This document shows, in pieces, positions 20,426 through 29,457 of a stretch of DNA of 64,000 bases. The DNA comes from Chitinophagaceae bacterium. Its GTDB lineage: Bacteria; Bacteroidota; Bacteroidia; Chitinophagales; Chitinophagaceae. The notes under the pieces were generated by a model, which was given only the letters and a program-made list of their open reading frames with translations, had not been told where the DNA came from and did no database searches. Position 1 is the first letter of the stretch; the number at the start of each line of letters is the position of its first letter. Location of the stretch: contig JBPCSZ010000038.1 in NCBI GenBank assembly GCA_051006655.1, positions 3,990 to 67,989 on the forward strand, read 5' to 3'. A program made the translations under genes and the position numbers.

Positions 20426-21475
20426 ATGAAGTTATCGCAATACGTTTACGATTTACCCCAAAACTTAATTGCCCAATCGCCGGCTAAGAACCGCGAAGAC
20501 AGTAAGCTAATGGTTTTTCACAAAGACAGTGGTAAAATTGAACACAAACACTTTCGCGACATCCTCGAATATTTCGACGATAAAGACGTGATGGTGGTGA
20601 ACAATACCAAAGTTTTCAACGCCCGTTTATATGGCCGTAAGGAAAAAACAGGTGCTAAAATTGAAGTGTTCTTATTGCGCGAACTCAACAAACAAAACCG
20701 TTTGTGGGATGTGGTGGTTGAACCCGCCCGCAAAATTCGTGTAGGTAATAAATTGTATTTCGGCGACGATAATTCCTTGGTAGCCGAAGTGGTAGACAAT
20801 ACCACCTCGCGCGGTCGTACCATTCGTTTCTTATTCGAAGGTTCGCACCAAGAATTGAAAACCATCCTCGATAATATGGGCGAAACACCGTTGCCCCGTT
20901 ATATCAAACGCAAACCCGATGCGTCGGACAAAGACCGTTACCAAACCGTATATGCCAAGCACGAAGGTGCGGTGGCAGCCCCTTCGGCCGGCTTGCATTT
21001 CAGTCGTGAATTGGTAAAACGTTGCGAAATTAAAGGCATTCGCTTCGCCGAAATCACCTTGCACACCGGTTTGAGCACTTTCCGCCCCATTGAAGTAGAA
21101 GATATCAGCAAACACAAAATGGATGCCGAATATTATTCTGTCGATGAAATGGCTTGCAAAGTGGTGAACCGCGCCAAAGAAGAAGGCCGTCGCATTTGCG
21201 CCGTAGGCACCTCGTCCATCCGCGCCATGGAATCGTCGGTAACTACTACGGGCATGTTGAAACCCAGCACCGGTTGGACGAACATCTTCATTGCACCGCC
21301 TTACGATTTCTCCTTGAACAATTCTTTAATTACCAGTTTCCATTTACCCAAAACCAGCTTGCTCATCATGACGGCCGCCTTTATGGGCTACGAACAAGCC
21401 ATGGAAGCCTATAAAGTGGCCATTAAAAATAAATACCGCTTCTTCAGCTACGGCGATGCGTTATTGGTAATCTAA
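20426..21475 (+). CDS. queA: S-adenosylmethionine:tRNA ribosyltransferase-isomerase
   Basis: [30 protein letters not shown] and the C-terminal [12 protein letters not shown] are the canonical QueA ends. Confidence 0.9.
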   Translation: MKLSQYVYDLPQNLIAQSPAKNREDSKLMVFHKDSGKIEHKHFRDILEYFDDKDVMVVNNTKVFNARLYGRKEKTGAKIEVFLLRELNKQNRLWDVVVEPARKIRVGNKLYFGDDNSLVAEVVDNTTSRGRTIRFLFEGSHQELKTILDNMGETPLPRYIKRKPDASDKDRYQTVYAKHEGAVAAPSAGLHFSRELVKRCEIKGIRFAEITLHTGLSTFRPIEVEDISKHKMDAEYYSVDEMACKVVNRAKEEGRRICAVGTSSIRAMESSVTTTGMLKPSTGWTNIFIAPPYDFSLNNSLITSFHLPKTSLLIMTAAFMGYEQAMEAYKVAIKNKYRFFSYGDALLVI

Positions 21476-21496
21476 GTCATTCAATTTCTATTCAAA

Positions 21497-21521
21497 AGGC
21501 GGAATTTTTTCCGCCTTTTTT
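21497..21521 (+). terminator. Rho-independent terminator of queA
   Basis: GGCGGA-auuuuu-UCCGCC hairpin followed by T7. Confidence 0.7.
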
Positions 21522-21534
21522 TATGTTATCAATA

Positions 21535-21607
21535 TTCTCGCTCGCACTCGCACTGACTTTCCGGCCCTCCTGCGGACGGGCTAAACCCTGCTTATCCCTC
21601 ACGCACC
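21535..21607. repeat. GC-rich intergenic element (short family member)
   Basis: TTCTCGCTCGCACTCGCACTGACTTTCCGGCCCTCCTGCGGACGGG...CCCTCACGCACCC. Its reverse complement shares AGTGCGAGTGCGAG and GTGAGGGA words with 55190-55225 and 42555-42575. Confidence 0.45.
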
Positions 21608-21674
21608 CAAACCTTGATGTATTTTCAACCATACTCATGCCTACATTGAAAAACAAACTTGAATTCCCCCAAAC

Positions 21675-21965
21675 ATCAGTATCTGCTTGGCCCGAGAAAA
21701 ATAGCGTGAAGAAAATGACGATTTTTATCGAAGAAATAAAAACACAATTCATCCGCTAAATAAAGTTCCTCCCTTGGGTTCTATCTAATTAAGTTGAATA
21801 ATGCGATGCCGATGCATAGCTTTTTTATTTCCGATCAAAATTGTCATTTTTAGCTATTTTTCGAAAGCCTTGAATTTTTGCTACTTTTTTTTCAAGAAAA
21901 AAGTAGAACGAAAAACTCTAAAGAATCTTGTTGGTGAAAAACACCAACAAGGGCTTCTCTAAAAC
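21675..21965 (+). repeat. Dispersed intergenic module, copy 1 (long repeat plus two hairpins), immediately upstream of the helicase-nuclease gene
   Basis: 21696-21884 aligns with 63809-64000 at roughly 88% identity by eye. Hairpin 1 is CTACTTTTTT-N6-AAAAAAGTAG (21881-21906). Hairpin 2 is CTTGTTGGTG-N5-CACCAACAAG followed by GGCTTCTCTAAA (21927-21963). Confidence 0.8.
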
Positions 21966-22033
21966 CCCATGTTTTTTCCGCGGGCGGCCATTCATTTTTT
22001 GTCCATTCCTAAACAATAACCTACATTTAATTT

Positions 22034-25000
22034 ATGACACTCAACAGAACCTTTCTCAGCATATTAAAAAAGAAACTCAGCTACGGCAGTACCCGCTCGG
22101 TATTATTAAATTGTATTCCCGGCCGACTCATCAGTCGCCTAGCTCTCAACGATTTTGACATAGCCCAAACCGGTTCAGCCCAAACCTTCCTCGATACCCT
22201 ATTGAACGAAAAGTCCTTTACGTTTACCCTCCCTATTGCATTTAATACCATCACCGAAACCATGAGCGAGGCCGAACAAGAAGCCCTCGTAAAAGCCAAT
22301 GGCGAAAAAACAAAACTCGAAAAACGCCTTGCGTCCCTGCAATACGACCACGATGATTTCGAAAAAGAATACGGTGTTCAAACGTTTGGTTTTGGCTTCC
22401 CACTCATCGTACGTCGCAATCCGAACGATTTAACAAAGATGATTGTGGCGCCCTTGTTTATATGGCCCCTTCAAATTAAAAAAAGTTATACCCGTAATCG
22501 GGAATGGCAAATTATTCGCGACCCCGAACAACCCATTCGCGTGAATGAAGCCTTGCGCGCTTATTTAAAAACAGAACAACATTTAGAACTTCCCGTACCG
22601 GCCGATGACGTGCTCGATGACGGCTTATTGAATGCCGATGAATTAAATGCCTTCATGCAACGTTTGCAATCGCTTTGGCCCGAAATGCAATGGCCTATAG
22701 CGGGTTGGCAAATCACGCCCTTGCCTGCTAGCATGGATGTTCAAAAAGAATCGGCCACATCACCCCGCATTATTGCAGAAGGCGTATTTGCCTTGTACAA
22801 AAACTTGAAACAAAGTTTAATTCAAGATGTTGAAATATTGCTGAGCGAAGAAGCCAATCAATTAGAAACCGATCCGCTCGATGCTTGGTTTCATAAAAGT
22901 AGTCCCGTGAATGTCGATCCCAGTCAACACGCGGTTTTACGTTCCTTAGCCAAAGAAAATCGCGTTGTTATTCAAGGTCCGCCCGGCACCGGGAAAAGCC
23001 AAACCCTTACTGCCATCATTGCCACCGCCCTCACCAATCAAAAAAAGATATTGGTGGTGTGCGAAAAACGAACGGCCTTGGAAGTGATTTATAATAACCT
23101 CATAAAACGCTTTCCCTTCTTACAACCCGCCATTGCATTTGTAGAAGATGTAAGTAGCGACCGACAAACCATTGTGAAGCAATTTCGTGAACGCGAATCG
23201 GGTAGCCTCCTCACGATGTCCGATACCATCACCGAAACCGCCAAACAAGAATCCGACGAATTTGAAACATTAATTGAATCGCTGGAACAACATTATGGCA
23301 CGCTTCGTTTAAAAATAAAAGACAATAAACGTTGGGCCGACTGGGTGGCTGAATGGTTAGCGGCCCGTGTACCCACAGCCCAAATGCCGGCCTATGCCTT
23401 ATTGGCCAAATCGGTTTCAGCCCCTTCGGCCGGTGCCGGTATGGCGCAAGCGGTGTCTTGGTTGAAAAAAGCCCAACAAGCCTATCAAGCAGCAGCGCAA
23501 GAAGGCTTCACCATGAAGCGCTATTTTCAACCCAACTATGCAAACAATGCCGTCGATATTATTCGGCAATTACGCAATGCCCAATTTGAACTCAACAATT
23601 TATTGAAAGTTTGGGAAGGGCGTGTTGGACAAGTTGAAGCGACTGCGAAAGCAAAGTCGAATGAAGCACGTGCCACTTGGGAGCATGACTTGCAACAATG
23701 GCAAATGGCATTACAAAGTACTTCCGGACAACTCAGCGACCCATATTCAATTTCGTTTGTTGAAAGTATGCGTTTGTTGTTTGGTGGCTCTGCCATCAAA
23801 GAAGCCGTTCGCCAAGCCAATCATTACCGTCAATCTTTCTTCGATTTATGTACGCGTTTAAATACTCCACCTTTAGATCATATCGACGCCGTTCGCAATC
23901 ATTTAAATGAACTTCAAGCGGCGTTTGTACAAACCGAAGTACAACGTGCTACACAAGCGCAAAGCGATTTAAACGCTGAACAAGCCCGCATTGAACGTGC
24001 TTTGTCGTCCATCGAACCAAACCTGCAAGCCATGTTGATTATCCCATCGTGGCAAGGTTCTTTATTGAGCAAAATGCAGGCTATGCAAGGACTATTGCAC
24101 GAATTATTATTGAACGAAAATGGCATCACCTTGTATTGGCAATGGCGCGAATTAGAGTTGGCACCCGATGCTTCGGTGAAATCCATTTTGCCTTTATTGC
24201 AAGAACATACATTTCCCGATTGGGCCGACGCTTATCGTTTAGCCCAAGTATACACCTTGTTGGATGCATACCAACAAAAAAATACCTTGTTGCGCGATGA
24301 AACTGCTTTAGATACTGTTCGAAGTGTGATGCAACAACTGGCAGGCGTTCAAGAACAAGCCATGGAAAAGTATATTCACGATGCCTTTCAAACGGGGTTA
24401 CGCCATATTGCCGCGCGTGGCTTCGAACCCAAAAAATTATACAACCTCAAAGGCAGTGCCGGTACCACGCGAAATTCCTTGCGTAAAATAGTTCAGTTTT
24501 CGCCCGAATCCTTTTTGCAAATTCATCCCTTGGTATTGGCCAATCCTTCTACCTGTAGTTCCTTATTCCCCATGGAATCAGGCTTTTTCGATTTAGTGAT
24601 TTTCGATGAAGCGAGTCAACTCCGCATTGAAGATACCTATATGGCTTTGTTGCGTGGTAAAGCTGTGGTGGTTTCGGGCGATAGCCAACAAATGCCACCC
24701 TCTTCGTATTTCGAATCGAATAATTTATTGCTCGACGATTCCGATTTAAGCGATGATGTAGACAGTTTATCGGATCAAGAAAGAATGTTAGAAGAATCGA
24801 ATTTAGAAATGGCCGGCAAAGAATCCTTATTGGAATGGGCCATTGAAGAAGGATACTGCGAAACCAGTTTGGATATGCACTATCGTTCTCGTCATCCCGA
24901 TTTAATTGAGTTTTCCAATGCCTGTTTCTACCGTTCGCGTTTAGTGCCCATGCCCGAAACGGAGTTCGATATACCCATTCGCTTCTATCAAGTGGATGGT

Positions 25001-25912
25001 GTGTACGATAAACGCGTGAATGAAAAAGAAGCCGATGAGGTGATTCGTTTATTGCGCGATGAAATTCCTAATACGGTATCTGTTGGGGTGGCCACGTTTA
25101 ACCTCACGCAACGGAATTTAATTCTCGATAAAATCAGCGAAGCCCGTACCGCCGATCCGGATTTTCATGCCAAAATGGGCGCCCTCGATCAACTGGGTTT
25201 CTTCGTGAAAAATTTAGAAAATATTCAAGGCGATGAACGCGATGTACTGATTCTCAGCACCACCTTCGGGGTTAGGCCCGACGGCAAATTCATCATGAAC
25301 TTTGGTCCGTTAACGCAACGGCATGGACACCGCTTGTTGAATGTAATCATCACTCGAGCCCGTTCTACCGTGCATGTGTTAACGTCAATTCCTGTAAACC
25401 GACAAACAGAATATCGACAAGGTATTGAAGCGGAAGGGCGGGTGAGTGGTAAATCGGGACTCTTAGCCTATTTGCAATATGCGCGTTTTGTGAGTGAAGG
25501 CAATAACGAAGCCAAAAACGAATTGTTGCAATTCATTCAAATGCAAGTCTCCAAATCGAATTTAGAACGAAGTGCTATGGCCGGTTTAACGGAATCGCCC
25601 TTCGAAGAAGAAGTGTATGATTATTTAGTGCAAGCAATAGGTAAAGACCGCATTGTGCCTCAATACCGTTGCGGTGGATTCCGTATCGATTTGGTGGTTA
25701 CACTGCCCGGACAAGAACGTAAAATTGCCATTGAATGCGATGGGGCGGCTTATCACAGCGATGAACTTACCTGGCATCACGATATTTACCGTCAACAACA
25801 ATTGGAAGCACAAGGTTTTGTCTTTCACCGCATATGGTCTACCCGCTGGTGGGAAAACCAAGTGGCTGAGGAAATGCGCTTAATTGAATTCATTCGTTCT
25901 TACGAAGCGTAA
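22034..25912 (+). CDS. DUF4011-like / Upf1-like SF1 helicase fused to a C-terminal Vsr/DUF559-like (PD-(D/E)xK) endonuclease domain
   Basis: 1292 aa. N-terminal FGFGFPLIVRR..IVAPLFIWPLQI is DUF4011-like. The helicase motifs are Walker A GPPGTGKS (about aa 315), motif II VIFDEASQ (about aa 855), GDSQQMPP, HYRSRH, IQGDERDVLILS and RLLNVIITRAR. The C-terminus FRIDLVV..KIAIECDGAAYHS..HRIWSTRWW is DUF559/REase-like. Confidence 0.85.
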   Translation: MTLNRTFLSILKKKLSYGSTRSVLLNCIPGRLISRLALNDFDIAQTGSAQTFLDTLLNEKSFTFTLPIAFNTITETMSEAEQEALVKANGEKTKLEKRLASLQYDHDDFEKEYGVQTFGFGFPLIVRRNPNDLTKMIVAPLFIWPLQIKKSYTRNREWQIIRDPEQPIRVNEALRAYLKTEQHLELPVPADDVLDDGLLNADELNAFMQRLQSLWPEMQWPIAGWQITPLPASMDVQKESATSPRIIAEGVFALYKNLKQSLIQDVEILLSEEANQLETDPLDAWFHKSSPVNVDPSQHAVLRSLAKENRVVIQGPPGTGKSQTLTAIIATALTNQKKILVVCEKRTALEVIYNNLIKRFPFLQPAIAFVEDVSSDRQTIVKQFRERESGSLLTMSDTITETAKQESDEFETLIESLEQHYGTLRLKIKDNKRWADWVAEWLAARVPTAQMPAYALLAKSVSAPSAGAGMAQAVSWLKKAQQAYQAAAQEGFTMKRYFQPNYANNAVDIIRQLRNAQFELNNLLKVWEGRVGQVEATAKAKSNEARATWEHDLQQWQMALQSTSGQLSDPYSISFVESMRLLFGGSAIKEAVRQANHYRQSFFDLCTRLNTPPLDHIDAVRNHLNELQAAFVQTEVQRATQAQSDLNAEQARIERALSSIEPNLQAMLIIPSWQGSLLSKMQAMQGLLHELLLNENGITLYWQWRELELAPDASVKSILPLLQEHTFPDWADAYRLAQVYTLLDAYQQKNTLLRDETALDTVRSVMQQLAGVQEQAMEKYIHDAFQTGLRHIAARGFEPKKLYNLKGSAGTTRNSLRKIVQFSPESFLQIHPLVLANPSTCSSLFPMESGFFDLVIFDEASQLRIEDTYMALLRGKAVVVSGDSQQMPPSSYFESNNLLLDDSDLSDDVDSLSDQERMLEESNLEMAGKESLLEWAIEEGYCETSLDMHYRSRHPDLIEFSNACFYRSRLVPMPETEFDIPIRFYQVDGVYDKRVNEKEADEVIRLLRDEIPNTVSVGVATFNLTQRNLILDKISEARTADPDFHAKMGALDQLGFFVKNLENIQGDERDVLILSTTFGVRPDGKFIMNFGPLTQRHGHRLLNVIITRARSTVHVLTSIPVNRQTEYRQGIEAEGRVSGKSGLLAYLQYARFVSEGNNEAKNELLQFIQMQVSKSNLERSAMAGLTESPFEEEVYDYLVQAIGKDRIVPQYRCGGFRIDLVVTLPGQERKIAIECDGAAYHSDELTWHHDIYRQQQLEAQGFVFHRIWSTRWWENQVAEEMRLIEFIRSYEA

Positions 25913-25973
25913 TAGATGTTACATACATTCGAATAATTTTATAGCATCTTTGCCGTTTAACGCATTCTTCATT

Positions 25974-26783
25974 ATGGAAATTATTGCATTTATATTGGCC
26001 GCTTTGGTAGGGGTTTCGCTTGGACTCATTGGGAGCGGGGGCTCTATTCTTACCGTGCCGATTTTGGTGTATATCTTAGGTGTGAATCCGGTATTGGCCA
26101 CCGCGTATTCCTTGTTTATTGTGGGCTCAACCGCCTTGGTGGGTGGCATTCAGAATGCCATGAATAAATTAGTAGATTTTAAAACCTTATTCATTTTTGG
26201 TATTCCTTCCATTATTGCGGTGTACGCTACGCGTTCATTCATTATGCCTATCATTCCCGAAACGGTTTTAACCATAGGCGGATTTACCTTGAACAAACCT
26301 ATGGCCTTAATGCTATTGTTTGCTGTCATCATGATATTGGCTTCCTTGTCGATGATTCGAACCCCTAAAACACAAAATACCGCTGTCGATGAAAATGCCC
26401 CTTTACAGTATAATTATCCCATGATTTTGTTGGAAGGTACTGTGGTGGGCGTATTAACCGGATTGGTAGGTGCCGGTGGTGGATTCTTAATTATTCCGGC
26501 CTTGGTATTATTGGCCAAAATGCCCATGAAAAAAGCCGTAGGTACTTCCTTGTTTATCATCGCGGCTAAATCCCTTATCGGCTTCATTGGCGATTTACAA
26601 GGGAATGAAGTGATCGATTGGATGTTGCTGGGTGGATTCACCTTTTTTGCCGTATTAGGCATTTTTATTGGTATTTATTTATCGAAGCGCGTGCCTTCTG
26701 CCGGACTTAAAAAAGGCTTCGGTTGGTTTGTATTGGTGATGGGGATTTATATCATCATTAAAGAAACTTTATTGAAGAAATAA
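25974..26783 (+). CDS. TauE/SafE (TSUP) family sulfite/organosulfonate exporter
   Basis: About 270 aa with 7-8 TM helices and the duplicated G-rich motifs GLIGSGGSILTVPILVY and GLVGAGGGFLIIPALV. The start is taken at ATG 25974 (MEIIAFILAAL) rather than the track start 25884, which overlaps the helicase gene. Confidence 0.8.
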   Translation: MEIIAFILAALVGVSLGLIGSGGSILTVPILVYILGVNPVLATAYSLFIVGSTALVGGIQNAMNKLVDFKTLFIFGIPSIIAVYATRSFIMPIIPETVLTIGGFTLNKPMALMLLFAVIMILASLSMIRTPKTQNTAVDENAPLQYNYPMILLEGTVVGVLTGLVGAGGGFLIIPALVLLAKMPMKKAVGTSLFIIAAKSLIGFIGDLQGNEVIDWMLLGGFTFFAVLGIFIGIYLSKRVPSAGLKKGFGWFVLVMGIYIIIKETLLKK

Positions 26784-26820
26784 TAGGGTATTGACAATCT
26801 CTATTGTGGGTGTATTTTTA

Positions 26821-26836
26821 TGTGACAAATGTCACG
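26821..26836. promoter_or_regulatory. CRP/FNR-type palindrome TGTGA-N6-TCACG
   Basis: TGTGACAAATGTCACG matches the TGTGAnnnnnnTCACA consensus at 9 of 10 positions (core GTGACA-NN-TGTCAC). Its centre lies about 30 nt upstream of the TAAATTTG -7 box. Confidence 0.4.
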
Positions 26837-26857
26837 AAAACCCTCCACTTGGTCATT

Positions 26858-26865
26858 TAAATTTG
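26858..26865 (+). promoter_or_regulatory. Bacteroidota-type -7 box (TAaaTTTG) of the persulfide dioxygenase gene
   Basis: TAAATTTG lies 18 nt upstream of ATG 26883. Confidence 0.45.
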
Positions 26866-26882
26866 CTTAAAATTTTTCAATT

Positions 26883-28298
26883 ATGCACATAGAACAAATT
26901 TACACCGGTTGTTTAGCCCAAGGCGCTTACTACATTACTAGCAACGGGGAAGCTGCCATCATCGATCCCCTTCGTGAAATAAAACCTTATCTCGATCGCA
27001 TTCAACGCGATGGGGTGGTTTTAAAATATATTTTTGAAACCCATTTTCATGCCGATTTCGTTTCCGGGCATGTCGACTTAAGTAAACAAACCGGAGCGCC
27101 TATTGTTTACGGTCCAACAGCCAAACCTGAATTCGAGGCCTTGGTAGCGACCGATGAACAAATATTTTCAATTGGAAATATTAAAATTAAAGTGTTGCAT
27201 ACACCGGGGCATACCATGGAAAGCACCACGTATTTACTCATCGATGAAGAAGGAAAAAATCATGCCATCTTCACCGGCGATACCTTGTTTTTAGGTGATG
27301 TTGGTCGCCCCGATTTAGCTCAAAAAGCCGCTAGCCTCACGCAAGAAGAATTGGCCGGTTTATTGTACGATAGTTTGATGACTAAAATTATGCCTTTAGC
27401 CGATGACGTAATTGTTTACCCTGCCCATGGCGCCGGTAGTGCTTGTGGGAAGAATATGATGAAGGAAACTGTTGATACCTTAGGGCATCAAAAAGAAATG
27501 AACTATGCCTTGAATCAACCAAACAGAGAAGCTTTCATTCAAGCCGTAACGGATGGCTTAACGCCACCTCCCGGTTATTTTGGTATGAATGTGGCTATGA
27601 ATAAAAAAGGATATGCTTCTTTCAACGAAGTATTGAATCACGGCATGCGTGCATTGTCGCCGGCCGAATTTGAAGCCGCGGCTGAAGAAACAGAAGCTTT
27701 GATTTTGGACACTCGTTCGGCCGATGACTTTTCAAAAGGATTTATTCCACAATCGATTAATATTGGTTTAGGAGGCGATTTTGCACCTTGGGTAGGGGCT
27801 TTGATTGTAGATGTGAAACAACCTTTGTTGTTGATTACCGAACCCGGTCGTGAAGAAGAGGCCATTACCCGTTTGAGTCGCGTTGGCTTCGATCATATTT
27901 TAGGTCATTTACAAGGTGGCTTTGCTTCATGGCAAGCTGAAAATAAAGAAGTGGATACCGTGAACCGAATCACTCCGGAAACTTTTGCCGAACAAGTGGA
28001 CGTGAATAAGGACATGATTATAGATGTGCGCAAAGAAGGCGAATATTCCGCTGAACACGTTGAAAATGCTTACAGCAAACCCTTGGCTTATATCAACGAA
28101 TGGATTAAAGATATTCAACCCGATACCCATTTCTTTTTACATTGTGCCGGAGGCTATCGCAGTATGATGGCAGCGTCTATTTTACAAGCCCGCGGATATC
28201 GTAATTTCAGTGAAGTGGCCGGCGGTTTTAATGCTATTGCTAAAACAACCGTACCTAAAACCGATTATGTTTGTCCCTCGAAAATGATTAAACTCTAA
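26883..28298 (+). CDS. MBL-fold persulfide dioxygenase fused to two rhodanese domains (CstB-like)
   Basis: 471 aa. The metal motif is ETHFHADFVSGH with a GDTLFLGDVGRPD block. The first rhodanese-like domain has no active-site Cys. The second carries the catalytic loop HCAGGYRS. Confidence 0.85.
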   Translation: MHIEQIYTGCLAQGAYYITSNGEAAIIDPLREIKPYLDRIQRDGVVLKYIFETHFHADFVSGHVDLSKQTGAPIVYGPTAKPEFEALVATDEQIFSIGNIKIKVLHTPGHTMESTTYLLIDEEGKNHAIFTGDTLFLGDVGRPDLAQKAASLTQEELAGLLYDSLMTKIMPLADDVIVYPAHGAGSACGKNMMKETVDTLGHQKEMNYALNQPNREAFIQAVTDGLTPPPGYFGMNVAMNKKGYASFNEVLNHGMRALSPAEFEAAAEETEALILDTRSADDFSKGFIPQSINIGLGGDFAPWVGALIVDVKQPLLLITEPGREEEAITRLSRVGFDHILGHLQGGFASWQAENKEVDTVNRITPETFAEQVDVNKDMIIDVRKEGEYSAEHVENAYSKPLAYINEWIKDIQPDTHFFLHCAGGYRSMMAASILQARGYRNFSEVAGGFNAIAKTTVPKTDYVCPSKMIKL

Positions 28299-28311
28299 TT
28301 GAATTTTATGG

Positions 28312-28344
28312 AGCCCGGAATGTATTTGGCATTCCGGGCTTTTT
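28312..28344 (+). terminator. Rho-independent terminator or attenuator after the dioxygenase gene
   Basis: AGCCCGGAAT-N9-ATTCCGGGCT, a 10-bp perfect stem followed by TTTT. Confidence 0.6.
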
Positions 28345-28372
28345 ATGTCACCTCAAAAATTAATATCACAAT

Positions 28373-28942
28373 ATGCAATTGCTTAATCTTTTAACTGACC
28401 CATGGCCCTGGTATGTAGCAGGCCCACTTATTGGCTTGATGGTACCATTATTATTACTTATTGGAAATAAATCGTTTGGTATCTCTTCTTCTTTGCGTCA
28501 TGTTTGTGCCGCCTGTATACCCACTAAAATCAAATTCTTTCAATACGATTGGAAAAAAGAAAAATGGAATTTGTTTTTTGTTGCCGGCATTTTGGTTGGA
28601 GGAGCAGTAGCTATGCAACTTTTATCTTCTTCAAACCCAGTTACGGTACATCCTAAATTAGCCGAGGAATTAGCCCAATATGGTATTACCAATTATGACG
28701 GATTAGTGCCGGTTGAATTATTCAATTGGACGACCTTGTTTTCCTTGAAAGGATTTTTAATGATGGTCGTAGGTGGTTTCTTAGTAGGCTTCGGAACACG
28801 ATATGCCGGAGGCTGTACTAGTGGACATGCCATCATGGGCTTATCAACCTTACAATGGCCTTCCTTAGTAGCCACCATTTGCTTTATGGTAGGTGGTATT
28901 GCCATGGCCCAATTTGTTTTACCATTTATTTTATCCTTATAA
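28373..28942 (+). CDS. YeeE/YedE family sulfur-compound transporter, half-size subunit 1
   Basis: 189 aa with 4-5 TM helices and the conserved GGCTSGH motif (RYAGGCTSGHAIMG). Confidence 0.8.
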   Translation: MQLLNLLTDPWPWYVAGPLIGLMVPLLLLIGNKSFGISSSLRHVCAACIPTKIKFFQYDWKKEKWNLFFVAGILVGGAVAMQLLSSSNPVTVHPKLAEELAQYGITNYDGLVPVELFNWTTLFSLKGFLMMVVGGFLVGFGTRYAGGCTSGHAIMGLSTLQWPSLVATICFMVGGIAMAQFVLPFILSL

Positions 28943-28952
28943 TCTTTTGAAC

Positions 28953-29447
28953 ATGGAAAAAATACCTCAAACAGAATTTGAACGTCGCGCGCAAGATGCG
29001 ATGTGTGTAAACGAAAGTCAATTAGAACACCGTTGGTACCATCAATTAAAATATGCCTTAGCGGGTATTTTATTCGGCATCATTTTTATAAAAGCTGAAA
29101 TTATTTCATGGTTTCGTATTCAAGAAATGTTCCGTTTCCAATCCTTTCACATGTATGGTGTAATTGGAAGTGCCGTTGTAGTAGGTGTCATCTCGGTATG
29201 GTTAATCAAGAAGTTCAACATTAAAACCATCTATGGAGAAACTGTTACGTTTCATCCGAAAGAATTCAATAAAGGGAATATTTACGGTGGCTTATTGTTT
29301 GGTTTTGGTTGGGCCATGACGGGTGCTTGTCCGGGACCCTTATACGCTCAAATTGGTAGCGGTGCCTTGGTGATTATCGTAACCTTATTAAGTGCCATTG
29401 CCGGAACCTTTGTGTACGGGTTCTTGCGCGATCGTTTACCGCATTAA
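28953..29447 (+). CDS. YeeE/YedE family sulfur-compound transporter, half-size subunit 2
   Basis: About 164 aa from ATG 28953 (MEKIPQTEF), with TM helices and the motif GFGWAMTGACPGP. Confidence 0.8.
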   Translation: MEKIPQTEFERRAQDAMCVNESQLEHRWYHQLKYALAGILFGIIFIKAEIISWFRIQEMFRFQSFHMYGVIGSAVVVGVISVWLIKKFNIKTIYGETVTFHPKEFNKGNIYGGLLFGFGWAMTGACPGPLYAQIGSGALVIIVTLLSAIAGTFVYGFLRDRLPH

Positions 29448-29457
29448 TTAAAACAAG

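Noticed and set aside
21715-21759. A 14-codon mini-ORF (MTIFIEEIKTQFIR) conserved in both copies of the dispersed module (second copy 63828-63872, MTIFIAEIKTQLNR)
   Set aside because: The conservation is no better than that of the surrounding non-coding repeat. All three codon differences are non-synonymous, and I see no evidence of a ribosome-binding context. It is noted only as something ribosome profiling could revisit.
28373-29447. YeeE/YedE split into two ORFs as a frameshifted pseudogene
   Set aside because: Each half has its own start, 4-5 TM helices and its own conserved Cys motif (GGCTSGH / GACPGP). Paired half-size genes are a normal arrangement for this family.
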